From the NCBI GenBank assembly GCA_965262915.1, contig OZ253564.1, forward strand, positions 2,400,001 to 2,464,000: DNA of 64,000 bases, read 5' to 3'. The translations under genes were made by a program, and so were the position numbers. A model generated the notes under the pieces. That model had not been told where the DNA came from and searched no databases. It was given only the letters and a program-made list of their open reading frames with translations. Of the stretch, positions 1 to 11,107 are shown one piece after another (the stretch's first letter is position 1; every line of letters begins with the position of its first letter). The stretch comes from Candidatus Spongiisociaceae bacterium. GTDB taxonomy: Bacteria > Actinomycetota > Acidimicrobiia > Spongiisociales > Spongiisociaceae.

Positions 1-327
1 CGCATCGAGGCGCCCCACCGGATATACCTTGGGGCGGGAAGGAACCAGTTCCACCACCGTGGGCCGGCCCTGGGGGTCCCGGGTGGTGCTGATGATTCCC
101 AGCGGCTTGTGAAGTAGGTAGTGCACCAGTCGAGGGTCGACCGGCAGCCGGATCCCGTCGACGAGGACCTCGGCCTTGGCAGGATCGACGATCTGGCCCG
201 GGGAGGCCACCCGCCCGTCGACCGACACCCGGCCGGCCACGACCATCGCGTCGGCGCTCCGGCGCGAGGCCAGGCCGCTGCGGGCGATGACCTTCTGCAG
301 GCGCTCAGCGCCCGGAGTCCGGTGCAC
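1..327 (-). CDS. rluB: 23S rRNA pseudouridine synthase (RluB-type), 5' part; runs off the window
   Basis: Manual translation gives ERLQKVIARSGLASRRSAD (S4 domain)...YLLHKPLGIISTTRDPQGR...VYPVGRLDA (catalytic GRLD). Follows scpB. GTG start at 327 is tentative. Confidence 0.85.
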   Translation of the reverse strand, partial: MHRTPGAERLQKVIARSGLASRRSADAMVVAGRVSVDGRVASPGQIVDPAKAEVLVDGIRLPVDPRLVHYLLHKPLGIISTTRDPQGRPTVVELVPSRPKVYPVGRLDA

Positions 328-883
328 CGGCGGGAGGGGACGGGGGTTGGTCCAGCGACTCGACCCCCTCGGCGGGGGGCATGTGGTCGGCGAGTGGGGG
401 CAGATCGGTCAATAAACCCAGGCCGAGCGCCTCCAGGAGCAGATCGGTGGTTCCGTAGATGACGGGGTTACCCGGAGTGGGGAGGCGTCCCCGTTCCTCC
501 ACCAGCCCCCGGCGGGCCAGAGTCCGCAGGGCGGAGACCGAGTCGACCCCGCGCATCTCGGCGATCTGGCCGCGTGTAACCGGTTGGCGGTACGCCACCA
601 CCGCCAGCACCTCGAGAGCGGCGTTGGAGAGCCGGGACGCCGTGCCGGTGGTGGCGAAACGTTCCAGATAGGGCAGGGCCTCCGGCTTGGAGTAGAGGCG
701 CCACCCTCCGGCCACGTAGCGCAGGACGATGCCCCGTTCCTCCCCCTCCAGCCGCTCCGCCCAGGCGGCCAGTTCCGCCTTGACGGTCGCCAGCGGTATC
801 TCCAGCACCTCGGCCAACTCACCCTCTGGCACCGGGGATTCGGCGACGAAGAGGATGGCTTCGAGGGCTGCCGGGGGGTTCAT
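305..883 (-). CDS. scpB: SMC-Scp complex subunit ScpB
   Basis: ALEAILF, VAGGWRLYS, LSNAALEVLAVVAYRQPVTR, MRGVDS, YGTT motifs. Confidence 0.95.
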   Translation of the reverse strand: MNPPAALEAILFVAESPVPEGELAEVLEIPLATVKAELAAWAERLEGEERGIVLRYVAGGWRLYSKPEALPYLERFATTGTASRLSNAALEVLAVVAYRQPVTRGQIAEMRGVDSVSALRTLARRGLVEERGRLPTPGNPVIYGTTDLLLEALGLGLLTDLPPLADHMPPAEGVESLDQPPSPPAGAPDSGR

Positions 884-1650
884 GAGCCGTCCCCGACGCC
901 CTCGGCCGGACCGGTGTCGGGGCCGTCCGACCGGCGGATCGAGATCCGGGAAGGGTGATGCTGGGCGACCGACAGCACACCCCAGCGGGCCAGCTCCAGC
1001 ACGGCCAGGAAGTAGGCGGCCACCTCGACCCGGCGGGTGCAGTGGGCGACCAGCAACTCGAAGGTGGATTCCAACTCGGCGGTGATGCGGGCCCTGATCT
1101 CCTCGATGGCGTCGCCCACCGAAGGAAGGTCCAGATCGAGGTGGTCCATATCGACGTCGGGCTCCGGCGCCCGGGTCGTCTCCAGCCGGGCGACCACGGC
1201 GGCGAGGCCGGCGGGCGTCACCGAAGCAGGTAGTACGGGGACCGCCGCACCCCCGAGTTCCTGATCGATGCCGACCGAACGCCCCACGTAACGGCCGGCC
1301 CTGGCGAGTCGGTGCCCCAGCACCGTGGCCACGTCCTGGAAGGTGAGGAAGGTCAGCAGGCGGGCCAGCAGCCGGTCCCGCTCGTCCAGTAGCGCCAGCT
1401 CCTCCTCCATGTCGACCGGTTCGTCGTCGGGTAGGAGGAACCGGGCCTTGAGGTGGATGAGCATGGCGGCCATCAGGACGAACCCGGACGCCACATCGAG
1501 GTCCGGGCGGCGTTCTTCGAGCGAGTCGAGGTAGTCGTTGACGATCCCGGTAATGCTCACCTTGGTGACGTCGACATGGTGCCGGCTGACGAGCTGGAGC
1601 AGGAGATCCAACGGGCCCTCGAAGACCGCCGTCCTGACCTCATAGCTCAT
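880..1650 (-). CDS. scpA: Segregation and condensation protein ScpA
   Basis: Likely start MSYEVRTAVFEGPLDLLLQL; C-terminal FLAVLELAR; overlaps the scpB start. Confidence 0.92.
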   Translation of the reverse strand: MSYEVRTAVFEGPLDLLLQLVSRHHVDVTKVSITGIVNDYLDSLEERRPDLDVASGFVLMAAMLIHLKARFLLPDDEPVDMEEELALLDERDRLLARLLTFLTFQDVATVLGHRLARAGRYVGRSVGIDQELGGAAVPVLPASVTPAGLAAVVARLETTRAPEPDVDMDHLDLDLPSVGDAIEEIRARITAELESTFELLVAHCTRRVEVAAYFLAVLELARWGVLSVAQHHPSRISIRRSDGPDTGPAEGVGDGS

Positions 1651-2236
1651 CGTTGGTCGCCTCACCTGCCGGAGATACGCCATCGTACGTACGAGAACGG
1701 GTAGTTCGCGGCCTTTGGAGGCGGCGGATGGGAGCCGGTATGGGGAGCCGGGCCCGGTCGGCCCGCTCGAGCACCTCCCAGTCCTCCGAGGATATGCCGT
1801 CGGGACGCCGCCCGTGGTGGTGGAGGGCATAGGCCACCACCAGCGCCTCCGCGCCGCCGGCGGACAGTTCGCCGGCTGCCGACCTTCCATGGTCCAGGTA
1901 GCCGGCTATGCGAGCGGAGAGCGGGAGACCCATCACGGAGCAGACCGCCACCCAGGAGCGTCCCGGCGCGCCCAGCCGGGCGTGGCGCTTGCCGATGTCG
2001 TGGAGTAGGGCGGCCCGGATCAGGTCACCGCGGTCGGGACACCGGGCGGCAACCGCCCGGGCGGATGCCAGGCCGTGACGCTGGTCGGCTCTCGGCTGCT
2101 CCCAGAACATCGCCCGCTCGGCGGGCGACGCCAGATGCTCCGCCACCTCGGCCTGCTCGCTGGGTGTGAGGCGCCGGGAGAGGACCACATCCACCAGCCG
2201 GGCCGCCAGGTGGGCCAAGCGGGACAGGTGGGCCAT
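1640..2236 (-). CDS. HD-domain phosphohydrolase
   Basis: DQRH...AALLHDIGK...HH...LERAD; likely start MAHLSRL at 2236. Confidence 0.75.
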   Translation of the reverse strand: MAHLSRLAHLAARLVDVVLSRRLTPSEQAEVAEHLASPAERAMFWEQPRADQRHGLASARAVAARCPDRGDLIRAALLHDIGKRHARLGAPGRSWVAVCSVMGLPLSARIAGYLDHGRSAAGELSAGGAEALVVAYALHHHGRRPDGISSEDWEVLERADRARLPIPAPIRRLQRPRTTRSRTYDGVSPAGEATNDEL

Positions 2237-2288
2237 CAGACGCCGGTAGGTGCGGACGGTCCGATCGGCGGGTCTGGTGCCGCTCCGG

Positions 2289-2633
2289 TCAGGACCGCGC
2301 CGATTTGCAGCGTATGCACAATCGGGAGATCGGTCGGGCCTCCATCCTCTCGACCGCGATCGTGTCCGAACACCCGGCACAGGTACCGTATGTCCCGTCT
2401 TCGATCCGGGCCAGGGAGCCGTCAACCTTGTCGACGTGGGTCTTGAGAGTCTCCACGATGCCCAGCACCTCGGTCCGTTCGGCGGTGATGGCCGCCGCGT
2501 CGGCGAAGCCCTCCCTGAAACCCAGGTGCCGGCGCAGGTCGCCGGATTCGGTGGCGCCCAACTCGGCCAGTTGGTGCACGAGCCTCTCCCGCTCCTTCAG
2601 CAGTATCTCGCGGGCTGCTGAGTAGTCGGCCAT
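2289..2633 (-). CDS. TraR/DksA C4 zinc-finger protein
   Basis: LARIEDGTYGTCAGC...I..ERMEARP...LCIRC. Confidence 0.9.
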   Translation of the reverse strand: MADYSAAREILLKERERLVHQLAELGATESGDLRRHLGFREGFADAAAITAERTEVLGIVETLKTHVDKVDGSLARIEDGTYGTCAGCSDTIAVERMEARPISRLCIRCKSARS

Positions 2634-2663
2634 GCGACCTCTTTCCGGCGTTGGACGGTTAGT

Positions 2664-3587
2664 CTATCGCAAGGCTCGCGGATGGGCCTCCACGTACACC
2701 TCGTGCAGATGCTGGAGCGACATTCGGGTGTACACCTGCGTGGTCGAGATACTAGCGTGACCCAGTATTTCCTGTACGGTGCGCAGGTCCGCTCCCCCTT
2801 CCACCATGTGGGTGGCGGCCGAGTGTCGCAGCACATGGGGCGAGATCCGGGACTTGGGGATACCCACCCGCACGGCGTGGTTGCGCACGATGCCGAAGAT
2901 GCCCTGGCGGGTCAGCCGCCCTCCCCTGGCGTTGAGGAACACCGCTCCCGGGTCCTCCCCGGAACGGCATAGCTCCAGCCGGACCGGCAGGTAGGACCGG
3001 ATCGTCTCGGTCGCCGGACGGCCCATCGGTACCAGGCGCTGCTTGTTCCCCTTCCCCGTCACCAGGATGGTGCGGGTGTCCAGATCCAGTTCCGCCAGGT
3101 CGAGCCCCACCAGCTCGCTCACCCGCACCGCGGTCCCGTAGAGGGTCTCCAGCATCGCCCGGTCGCGGATCCCGAGCTTCGTATCGGCCGGGGGCGCCTC
3201 CACCAACCGGATCGCCTCGTCGATATCCAGCGCCTTGGGGAAGCCCATGCGGGTGCGCGGGGTCTCGGTGAACCGGGTCGGGTCCTCGTCCGCCTCGCCC
3301 TCGGCCACCAGGAAGCGATGGAACCCCCGTACCGCCGCCAACTTCCTGGCGATCGTCGCCGGCCGCATACCCCGTTCATACAAAGAGGCCAGGAAGCCGT
3401 CCACCAACTCCGGAGAAAAGGAGTCGTGCCCCAGACGGGCCAGATGCGCCAGATGCGCCAGATAACCCTTCAGGTCTCGCCGGTAGGCCGAGATCGTGTT
3501 GTGGCTCAACCCCCGCTCCACCGCCAGCGCCCACAGGTAACCCTCGACCTGGATGGCCGTCTGATTGGGATCTGCCGTCTGTGCCAT
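2664..3587 (-). CDS. xerD: Tyrosine recombinase XerD, intact copy
   Basis: ERGLSHNTISAYRRDL, RVSEL, GKGNKQR, SPHVLRHSAATH, LGHASISTTQVY; canonical position near scpAB. Confidence 0.92.
   Translation of the reverse strand: MAQTADPNQTAIQVEGYLWALAVERGLSHNTISAYRRDLKGYLAHLAHLARLGHDSFSPELVDGFLASLYERGMRPATIARKLAAVRGFHRFLVAEGEADEDPTRFTETPRTRMGFPKALDIDEAIRLVEAPPADTKLGIRDRAMLETLYGTAVRVSELVGLDLAELDLDTRTILVTGKGNKQRLVPMGRPATETIRSYLPVRLELCRSGEDPGAVFLNARGGRLTRQGIFGIVRNHAVRVGIPKSRISPHVLRHSAATHMVEGGADLRTVQEILGHASISTTQVYTRMSLQHLHEVYVEAHPRALR
2890..3559. repeat. 670-bp direct repeat, copy A (partner 5557-6226)
   Basis: Matches 5557-6226 at a constant offset of 2667 bp, with about 7 substitutions counted by eye. 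Confidence 0.9.
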
Positions 3588-3684
3588 ATACCCCGCGCCT
3601 GGCGGCCCCTCCGATTAGGACTCCCTCATGTTACGGATGAGCGCCCGCGATGGACCAGGTACGGTCGGTGCTACGCTCGCAGGC

Positions 3685-3972
3685 ATGAGACGACACGATG
3701 TTCTCGGCAAACACCGCGAGGCTATCCGCTCTGCAGCGGCCCGACACAACGCCCGCTCGATAGCCCTTGTGGGGTCCGTCGCCCGCGGAGACGACACTGA
3801 CGTCAGTGACTACGACTTCCTGACCGACTTCCTGCCGGGGACGACGCTGTTCGACATAGCGGGGCCGAAAGTGGCTCTCGAAGACCTGCTAGGACGCGAG
3901 GTCGATGTTGTCTGCGCTGCAGACCTCAAGGACAAGTACCGCGGTATGTTGAAGGAAGCTATTCCTTTGTGA
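3685..3972 (+). CDS. MNT (minimal nucleotidyltransferase) antitoxin
   Basis: GSVARGDDTDVSDYD (GS-x10-DxD), LEDLLGREVDVV; overlaps a HEPN gene. Confidence 0.88.
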   Translation: MRRHDVLGKHREAIRSAAARHNARSIALVGSVARGDDTDVSDYDFLTDFLPGTTLFDIAGPKVALEDLLGREVDVVCAADLKDKYRGMLKEAIPL

Positions 3973-4254
3973 GCAGAAGCGACGAGGAACTTGTCGCGGA
4001 CATCTTGGAAGCTTCCCGCAAGTTGTCCGAGATTGTGGCGCTGGGACGAGAGAACTACGACATGAATTGGGTGGTCCGCAGCGCTGTTGAAAGACAGCTA
4101 GAGATCATAGGTGTAGCGGCAGGAAATCTGTCGGAGGATATGGCTCGACGTAGGCCGGATCTGCCCATGCGCACGGCTAAGGCCATGCGCAATCTCATCT
4201 CACATGAGTACTTCAACGTCAGCTGTGACATAGTGTGGGAGACAATTGTGATTA

Positions 4255-5084
4255 GGGCGTGTTCACCTAAAGTTACACTGATGTGATATCATTACGATAT
4301 GACAATAACACAAGAACAATACCAACTCATAGTAGACGTGTTCCCGAAACCCCGCGGTACCGTCAAGGTATCCAACCTCCAAGCCCTCAACGGTATCCTG
4401 TACCTACTCGAGCACGGCTGCAAATGGCGGGTGCTTCCCGAACGGTTCGGGAACTGGCACACCGTTTACATGCGGATGAGCCGCTGGGCGGCCAGCGGCG
4501 TCTTGGACCGGGTGTTCCAGCGTCTACAGCAGGAACAGCTCATCGACCTCGAAGTTCTGGGCCTGGACAGCACGTCGGTCAAGGTTCATCCCGACGGCTG
4601 TGGTGCTCTCCGAAAGCGGGGTCCCCAGGCCATCGGTCGCTCCCGGGGAGGGTTGAACACCAAGATCCACATGGTCGCGGCCAGCGCTTGTAGCGCCGTC
4701 TTATTCGCTCTTTCCCCAGGTCAGGACCATGATGCTCCCCATGGGCGGGAGCTCCTCAAAAAGATGGGCCCACGAAAAAAGGAGCAGGAAGGGGAGCAGC
4801 TAGAGCTGTTCCTGGTAGCGGACCGCGCCTATGAAGGGGACGAAACACGGCAACTGGCCGTCGCTCTGGGCTACACGCCGGTCATCCCACCCCGAAGCAA
4901 CCGCCGCCACCCGTGGGACTACAACCGTCCGATATACAAGCGACGGAACGAGGTCGAACGGCTCTTCCGACGGCTCAAAGGCTACCGGCGTGTCTTCACC
5001 CGCTACGACAAACTCGACGTGATGTTCCTAGCATTCATCACCCTCGCGCTCATACACGACACGCTCAGAAACGTGAACACGCCC
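4255..5084 (+). mobile_element. IS5-family insertion sequence (IS427-like), 830 bp
   Basis: Perfect terminal inverted repeats GGGCGTGTTCAC / GTGAACACGCCC; TA duplicated at 4253-4254 and 5085-5086. Confidence 0.92.
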
Positions 5085-5087
5085 TAG
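4299..5087 (+). CDS. IS5-family DDE transposase (single ORF)
   Basis: GCKWRVLPERFGNWHTVY, LDSTSVKVH, GRSRGGLNTKIH, ADRAYE, YKRRNEVERLFRRLK. Confidence 0.95.
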   Translation: MTITQEQYQLIVDVFPKPRGTVKVSNLQALNGILYLLEHGCKWRVLPERFGNWHTVYMRMSRWAASGVLDRVFQRLQQEQLIDLEVLGLDSTSVKVHPDGCGALRKRGPQAIGRSRGGLNTKIHMVAASACSAVLFALSPGQDHDAPHGRELLKKMGPRKKEQEGEQLELFLVADRAYEGDETRQLAVALGYTPVIPPRSNRRHPWDYNRPIYKRRNEVERLFRRLKGYRRVFTRYDKLDVMFLAFITLALIHDTLRNVNTP

Positions 5088-5236
5088 CGTCCCTGAGTTC
5101 GCTTCCCTGATCTCCGAAGAGATCTGATTGGCAGCGCCGCATCCTCACACGGGCGCTCATCGTTGCCCTTCCAGCATCAATATAGAAGGGAGAGCGGGTA
5201 GGTGTTAGTCGGGGACACCATCGCGTTCGCCGGCCG

Positions 5237-5512
5237 ATGAGATTGGCGGCGATGCTCGTTGGGATAGCGGCAGAGTTGAGCGAGTACTTCCTGCTGTGCC
5301 GAACCCGGCAAAACGCCGCCCTCCTCACCGATCCGCTCAACTCGAAGGCCGCCACCGGCTTCCTCCGCTCCCTCATGTTCTGGGACGCCAAGCGCCCTAT
5401 CAGCGCTCAAGTATTGGTGAACCTCGACCTCGGCCTACCGGCAGAAGAAACCGGAGTCGCCCTACCCGAATGGTCGGCCAACCCCCAATACCTGACTCTC
5501 TTCAGCACCTGA
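5237..5512 (+). pseudogene. Gene fragment resembling the C-terminus of a type II DNA methyltransferase
   Basis: YFLLC...FLRSLMFWDAKRPI...LDL recalls the C-terminus of NspV-like methylases (from memory, unverified). No N-terminal catalytic motifs. Confidence 0.35.
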
Positions 5513-5549
5513 CCGGCACCGCCACGTTGACAAAGACCAGGCTGGGTTC

Positions 5550-6254
5550 CTACGCAATGCCGAAGATGCCCTGGCGGGTCAGCCGCCCTCCCCTGGCGTT
5601 GAGGAATACCGCTCCCGGGTCCTCCCCGGAACGGCATAGCTCCAGCCGGACCGGCAGGTAGGACCGGATCGTCTCGGTCGCCGGACGGCCCATCGGTACC
5701 AGGCGCTGCTTGTTCCCCTTCCCCGTCACCAGGATGGTGCGGGTGTCCAGATCCAGTTCCGCCAGGTCGAGCCCCACCAGCTCGCTCACCCGCACCGCGG
5801 TCCCGTAGAGGGTCTCCAGCATCGCCCGGTCGCGGATCCCGAGCTTCGTATCGGCCGGGGGCGCCTCCACCAACCGGATCGCCTCGTCGATATCGGGCGC
5901 CTTGGGGAAGCCCATGCGGGTGCGCGGGGTCTCGGTGAACCGGGTCGGGTCCTCGTCCGCCTCGCCCTCGGCCACCAGGAAGCGATGGAACCCCCGTACC
6001 GCCGCCAACTTCCTGGCGATCGTCGCCGGCCGCATACCCCGTTCATGCAACGACGCCAGGAAGCCGTCCACCAACTCCGGAGAAAAGGAGTCGTGGCCCA
6101 GACGGGCCAGATGCGCCAGATGCGCCAGATAACCCTTCAGGTCTCGCCGGTAGGCCGAGATCGTGTTGTGGCTCAACCCCCGCTCCACCGCCAGCGCCCA
6201 CAGGTAACCCTCGACCTGGATGGCCGGCCGGTTGGATTCCTCCGGTTGTGTCAT
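5550..6254 (-). pseudogene. xerD: 3'-truncated XerD duplicate lacking HxLRH and the catalytic Tyr
   Basis: Near-identical to 2664-3587 up to QGIFGI, then A-stop; the first ~10 aa differ. Confidence 0.88.
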
Positions 6255-6447
6255 CTACCCATGGGCTCGCTGCCCATCCGATCCGTGTCCCTTATGCTAC
6301 GGCCCGACTGTCGGCGATCAGGCGCGAGTGCTGCAACGGGAGCCCCTCTGGTGGCCCGAGTCGAGCGCGGTCCTTACATGACACAACCTGCCCATAACCT
6401 TGCGAGCGAGGGCTGAGTGGGGGATCATCCCCACCGACCCCTTGGAG

Positions 6448-6831
6448 CTACTTCGTCTCGGCCGGCTGGTCCCGTTCGGGTCGCGCGGTCGGTAGTGGAA
6501 TCGGTAGTCGCGCTGTGTCGAATACGGCTGTCAGCTCGAGTCGACCGCCGAGGCTCTCCACGATGGAACGGATGGTGGAGACGGAGTAGTCGTGGGTGGG
6601 TCCAATTTTAGGGTCGCATCCCCGGGCGTTTTCGAGCCGCCTCGCCATTTCGGCCTGCGTGATTTCACTAATGCGGCGTATCTCCGCCAAGTGGTATTCA
6701 GCAATGTCTTGCCACAGGCCCTCTTCGGCAGCCTCGTCCGCTACGCGCTGCTCCGGGCTCAGGTCGCCGACGACTTCGTCCCAGGTGTGGTAGTTGTGGG
6801 TGCTGGCGGCCTTTCGTTCCTTGGTGGTCAT
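6448..6831 (-). CDS. HigA-like XRE/HTH antitoxin
   Basis: LAEIRRISEITQAEMARRL...STIRSIVESLGGRLELTAVF; directly downstream of a RelE-type toxin. Confidence 0.8.
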   Translation of the reverse strand: MTTKERKAASTHNYHTWDEVVGDLSPEQRVADEAAEEGLWQDIAEYHLAEIRRISEITQAEMARRLENARGCDPKIGPTHDYSVSTIRSIVESLGGRLELTAVFDTARLPIPLPTARPERDQPAETK

Positions 6832-7226
6832 GGTCGTGGTCCCTCAATCGTTCCATCTGTCCATATGTCGTCGTGCGTGGCCAGTCGCCCCTCCACGTAG
6901 GCGGCGTAGAGGGCGTCCGCTTGTGGAATCGCCACCCGATACCACCTCGCCCGGGTGCCTGCCTTGTCACCGCCGATCAACCGAATAGCCCGACGTGTGG
7001 GGTCGAAGACGAACAGGATGCGGACATGTTTGGCGGTTCCCCCGAGTCGAAGCTCTTTGAGGTTGTGATACTGCGAGGTCTCTATCCGCCCCACCAACGG
7101 ACGACGAAGCGCAGGACCGTGACGCGACAGAACCCGCACGGCTCCGCGGACTTGGCGCTGCTGGCTGTGGGGCAACCCGCGGTACCAGTCTCGTACCTGC
7201 GTGGTAGCGATGATCTTCCAAGCCAT
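6828..7226 (-). CDS. HigB/RelE-like (Gp49/DUF891) toxin
   Basis: GPALRRPLVGRI...NLKELR...VRILFVFDPTRRAIRLIGGDK...WY...IPQAD. Confidence 0.88.
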   Translation of the reverse strand: MAWKIIATTQVRDWYRGLPHSQQRQVRGAVRVLSRHGPALRRPLVGRIETSQYHNLKELRLGGTAKHVRILFVFDPTRRAIRLIGGDKAGTRARWYRVAIPQADALYAAYVEGRLATHDDIWTDGTIEGPRP

Positions 7227-7266
7227 TACCTACTATTGTACAGGTAAGTTTAATATTATATAAAGT
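7227..7266 (-). promoter_or_regulatory. higBA promoter/operator
   Basis: TACAAT -10 box (7235-7240, minus strand) 8 nt before the ATG, inside the inverted repeat TACCT...AGGTA; AT-rich upstream. Confidence 0.55.
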
Positions 7267-7347
7267 ATGGTGATGGGGCTGCAATCAGGGATGGTGATAC
7301 GAACCTGTCCGTCAAGTCCTACCCCTGCGCTTGATGGACTGCAACTG

Positions 7348-7668
7348 CTACCGAAGGTTCCTGGCGTCTCGGCCGTTGATGGCAACCAGACCCATCGCCC
7401 GGCGGCCACCCACCGCGACCAGCCCCAACGCGTTCACTCCCCCGATGGCGACGAGGCCGACTGCGTTCACACCCCCTACCGCGACCAAGCCGGCCGCGTT
7501 GGCGCCACCGCACGAGACCAGCCCCAAGGCGTTCAGCCCGCCTAGAGCAGCCAGGCCGAGAGCGTTCAGGCCTCCGGCGGCGGAGAGGCCGATGGCGTTG
7601 CGGGTGCTCACAACGACGGATCCGGTGAAGATCCACCTGTCGAGCCGCTCGGTTAGTCGGGTTGTCAT
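7348..7668 (-). CDS. Small Gly/Ala-rich protein with 11-residue repeats
   Basis: About 7 units of NAxGLxAxGGx; GC-rich third codon positions support coding. Confidence 0.65.
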   Translation of the reverse strand: MTTRLTERLDRWIFTGSVVVSTRNAIGLSAAGGLNALGLAALGGLNALGLVSCGGANAAGLVAVGGVNAVGLVAIGGVNALGLVAVGGRRAMGLVAINGRDARNLR

Positions 7669-7956
7669 CGGGAGAGCGTACCCTCCAGGAGGGAAGGGCG
7701 GAGGGACGGCATTCGGTTCAAGGCGTTGTGGTCGGCCGACTGCGCTCGGCGGCGAGGTGATCTCGGGATGAAGGGGCTGGTCCGGCGGAAGTTGTCGGCA
7801 TAGCCGGGCCCCCGCTCACCGATGGTTCGCTGTTCTGGCAGCCGGCTTCCGTCACCATCCTGAGCCGGCGTTCGGCTAGGTCTTGTGCCGAGGACCCGTT
7901 GTCGGGCTCTCGAGACGCCTGCCAGGGTTCAGGGTGTCGGGCGAGTGGCGGGGCAT

Positions 7957-9240
7957 TCAGCCCTTCGGGGAGGCAGGCGCCGCGGGTGCCTTGTAGGGCT
8001 GGCGGGAGTCGACGGCGACCAGGGCGGCGAGGGTGGTGGTGATCGGGACGGCGGTTACCAGGCCGATCGATCCGCACAGGGTGCGGACGATCTCCACTGC
8101 GACCATCTCGGAGTTGGCCACCATTACCAGGGATTGGCTGGATATGGCGAAGAGCATCAGGAGGGGGATGGCGGCGCCTGCGTAGGCCAGCAGAAGGGTG
8201 TTGACGGTGGAAGCGATGTGTTCCCGGCCCACCCGGATCCCGGATGCGACTAGCTGGCGGACCGTCAGGGCGGGGTTGCGATAATGGAGTTCGGCTACCA
8301 GAGCGGCCTGGGTCACGGTGACGTCGTCCAACGCGCCGAGCGCGCCGATGACCGCTCCGCCCAGGATCAGGGAGGCTACGTCCAGACCTCCGGCGATGAG
8401 GGGCAGGACCAGGGCCTCTTCGGTGGCCAGTCCGGTGAAGCCGGCGAACTCGAAGAAGGCCCACGACAGCGCCAGCGTCAATCCCAGCGCCGACAGCGTA
8501 CCGGCGAGGGCCACGGTCGTGATCGAGTTGAATCCGTGGGCCAGGTACAGGCTCACGAATGCTATGGCTGAGGCGGCGACCACCGCCACCAGCAGCGGAT
8601 CGTTTCCGTCGAGCACCGACGGCGCCAGAAAAGCCACGAGCACGGCCAGCGTGACAGCCATACCCACCAGAGCGAGGACTCCCCGCCGCCGTCCCAGCGC
8701 TATGACGAACACCGCGAAGAGGGCAGTTAGCCAAGCCAGCGGGGTCCGCCGGTCCGTGTCGGCGTAGAAGTAGAAGTCGGTGGCCTGCTCGTAGCCGAGG
8801 ATCACCTTCTGGTCGACCGCCAGTGGAGGCGCCGTTTCGGCAAACGCCAGGTCGAATTCGGGTAGGGCTATGGCCGAGCCTTGGGCGGGACCCTCATCGA
8901 GGACGACCGTGACCGAGCGGCAGTAGAAGGGGTTGTCGTCACTCGAATAGCTGCAGGGACCGTCGCGGATCTCCTGGACAGTGGCACCGAACCGGTCGGT
9001 GACCAATCCGATCCGGTCAGCGTTCGCCATCGCTTCCGCGGTTCCCTCCCCGGTGGGCCACAGGGCCGCTACCGCGACAGCGGTTGCGAGGCCTGTGCAG
9101 ACCACGAAGGCCAGCACCGCCCGCAGGCCACGGTGAGAACTCCACCCCCTCCAGCCGGAGCCCAAGCCTCGTCGACGGTGTGCGTGTTCCACGTAGAGGG
9201 TTTCCCCTTCACCCATTGCCGGATCCGGTGCCTTCACCAT
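7957..9240 (-). CDS. YibE/F family membrane protein
   Basis: IGALGALDDVTVTQ, GREHIASTVNTLLLAYAG, EIVRTLCGSIGL. Confidence 0.9.
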   Translation of the reverse strand: MVKAPDPAMGEGETLYVEHAHRRRGLGSGWRGWSSHRGLRAVLAFVVCTGLATAVAVAALWPTGEGTAEAMANADRIGLVTDRFGATVQEIRDGPCSYSSDDNPFYCRSVTVVLDEGPAQGSAIALPEFDLAFAETAPPLAVDQKVILGYEQATDFYFYADTDRRTPLAWLTALFAVFVIALGRRRGVLALVGMAVTLAVLVAFLAPSVLDGNDPLLVAVVAASAIAFVSLYLAHGFNSITTVALAGTLSALGLTLALSWAFFEFAGFTGLATEEALVLPLIAGGLDVASLILGGAVIGALGALDDVTVTQAALVAELHYRNPALTVRQLVASGIRVGREHIASTVNTLLLAYAGAAIPLLMLFAISSQSLVMVANSEMVAVEIVRTLCGSIGLVTAVPITTTLAALVAVDSRQPYKAPAAPASPKG

Positions 9241-9289
9241 TCACGGTGGGAGCTTAGGAGGCATCCCGGATGGGACCGGATCCGAGCTG

Positions 9290-11014
<1,725 letters not shown>

Positions 11015-11107
11015 CTATCGGCTGCTCGCGACGAGTGGGGAACGGACAGTCGTCGCGGCGGTTGAGACGGAGCTCTCCCAACCGAGGGGTTCCGCTCGGG
11101 TGGCTGC

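Larger units (their letters stand above)
3969..5127 (+). pseudogene. HepT/DUF86 HEPN RNase toxin interrupted by an IS5 element
   Basis: RNLISHEY (Rx4HxY). Removing the IS restores ...VWETIVISVPEFASLISEEI* with TGA at 5125-5127. Confidence 0.85.

Noticed and set aside
4775-4780. A6 run as a programmed frameshift site in the IS5 transposase
   Set aside because: The transposase is already one continuous frame.
5550-6254. Prophage or ICE integrase
   Set aside because: It is a near-identical partial copy of the housekeeping xerD; no phage or conjugation genes nearby.
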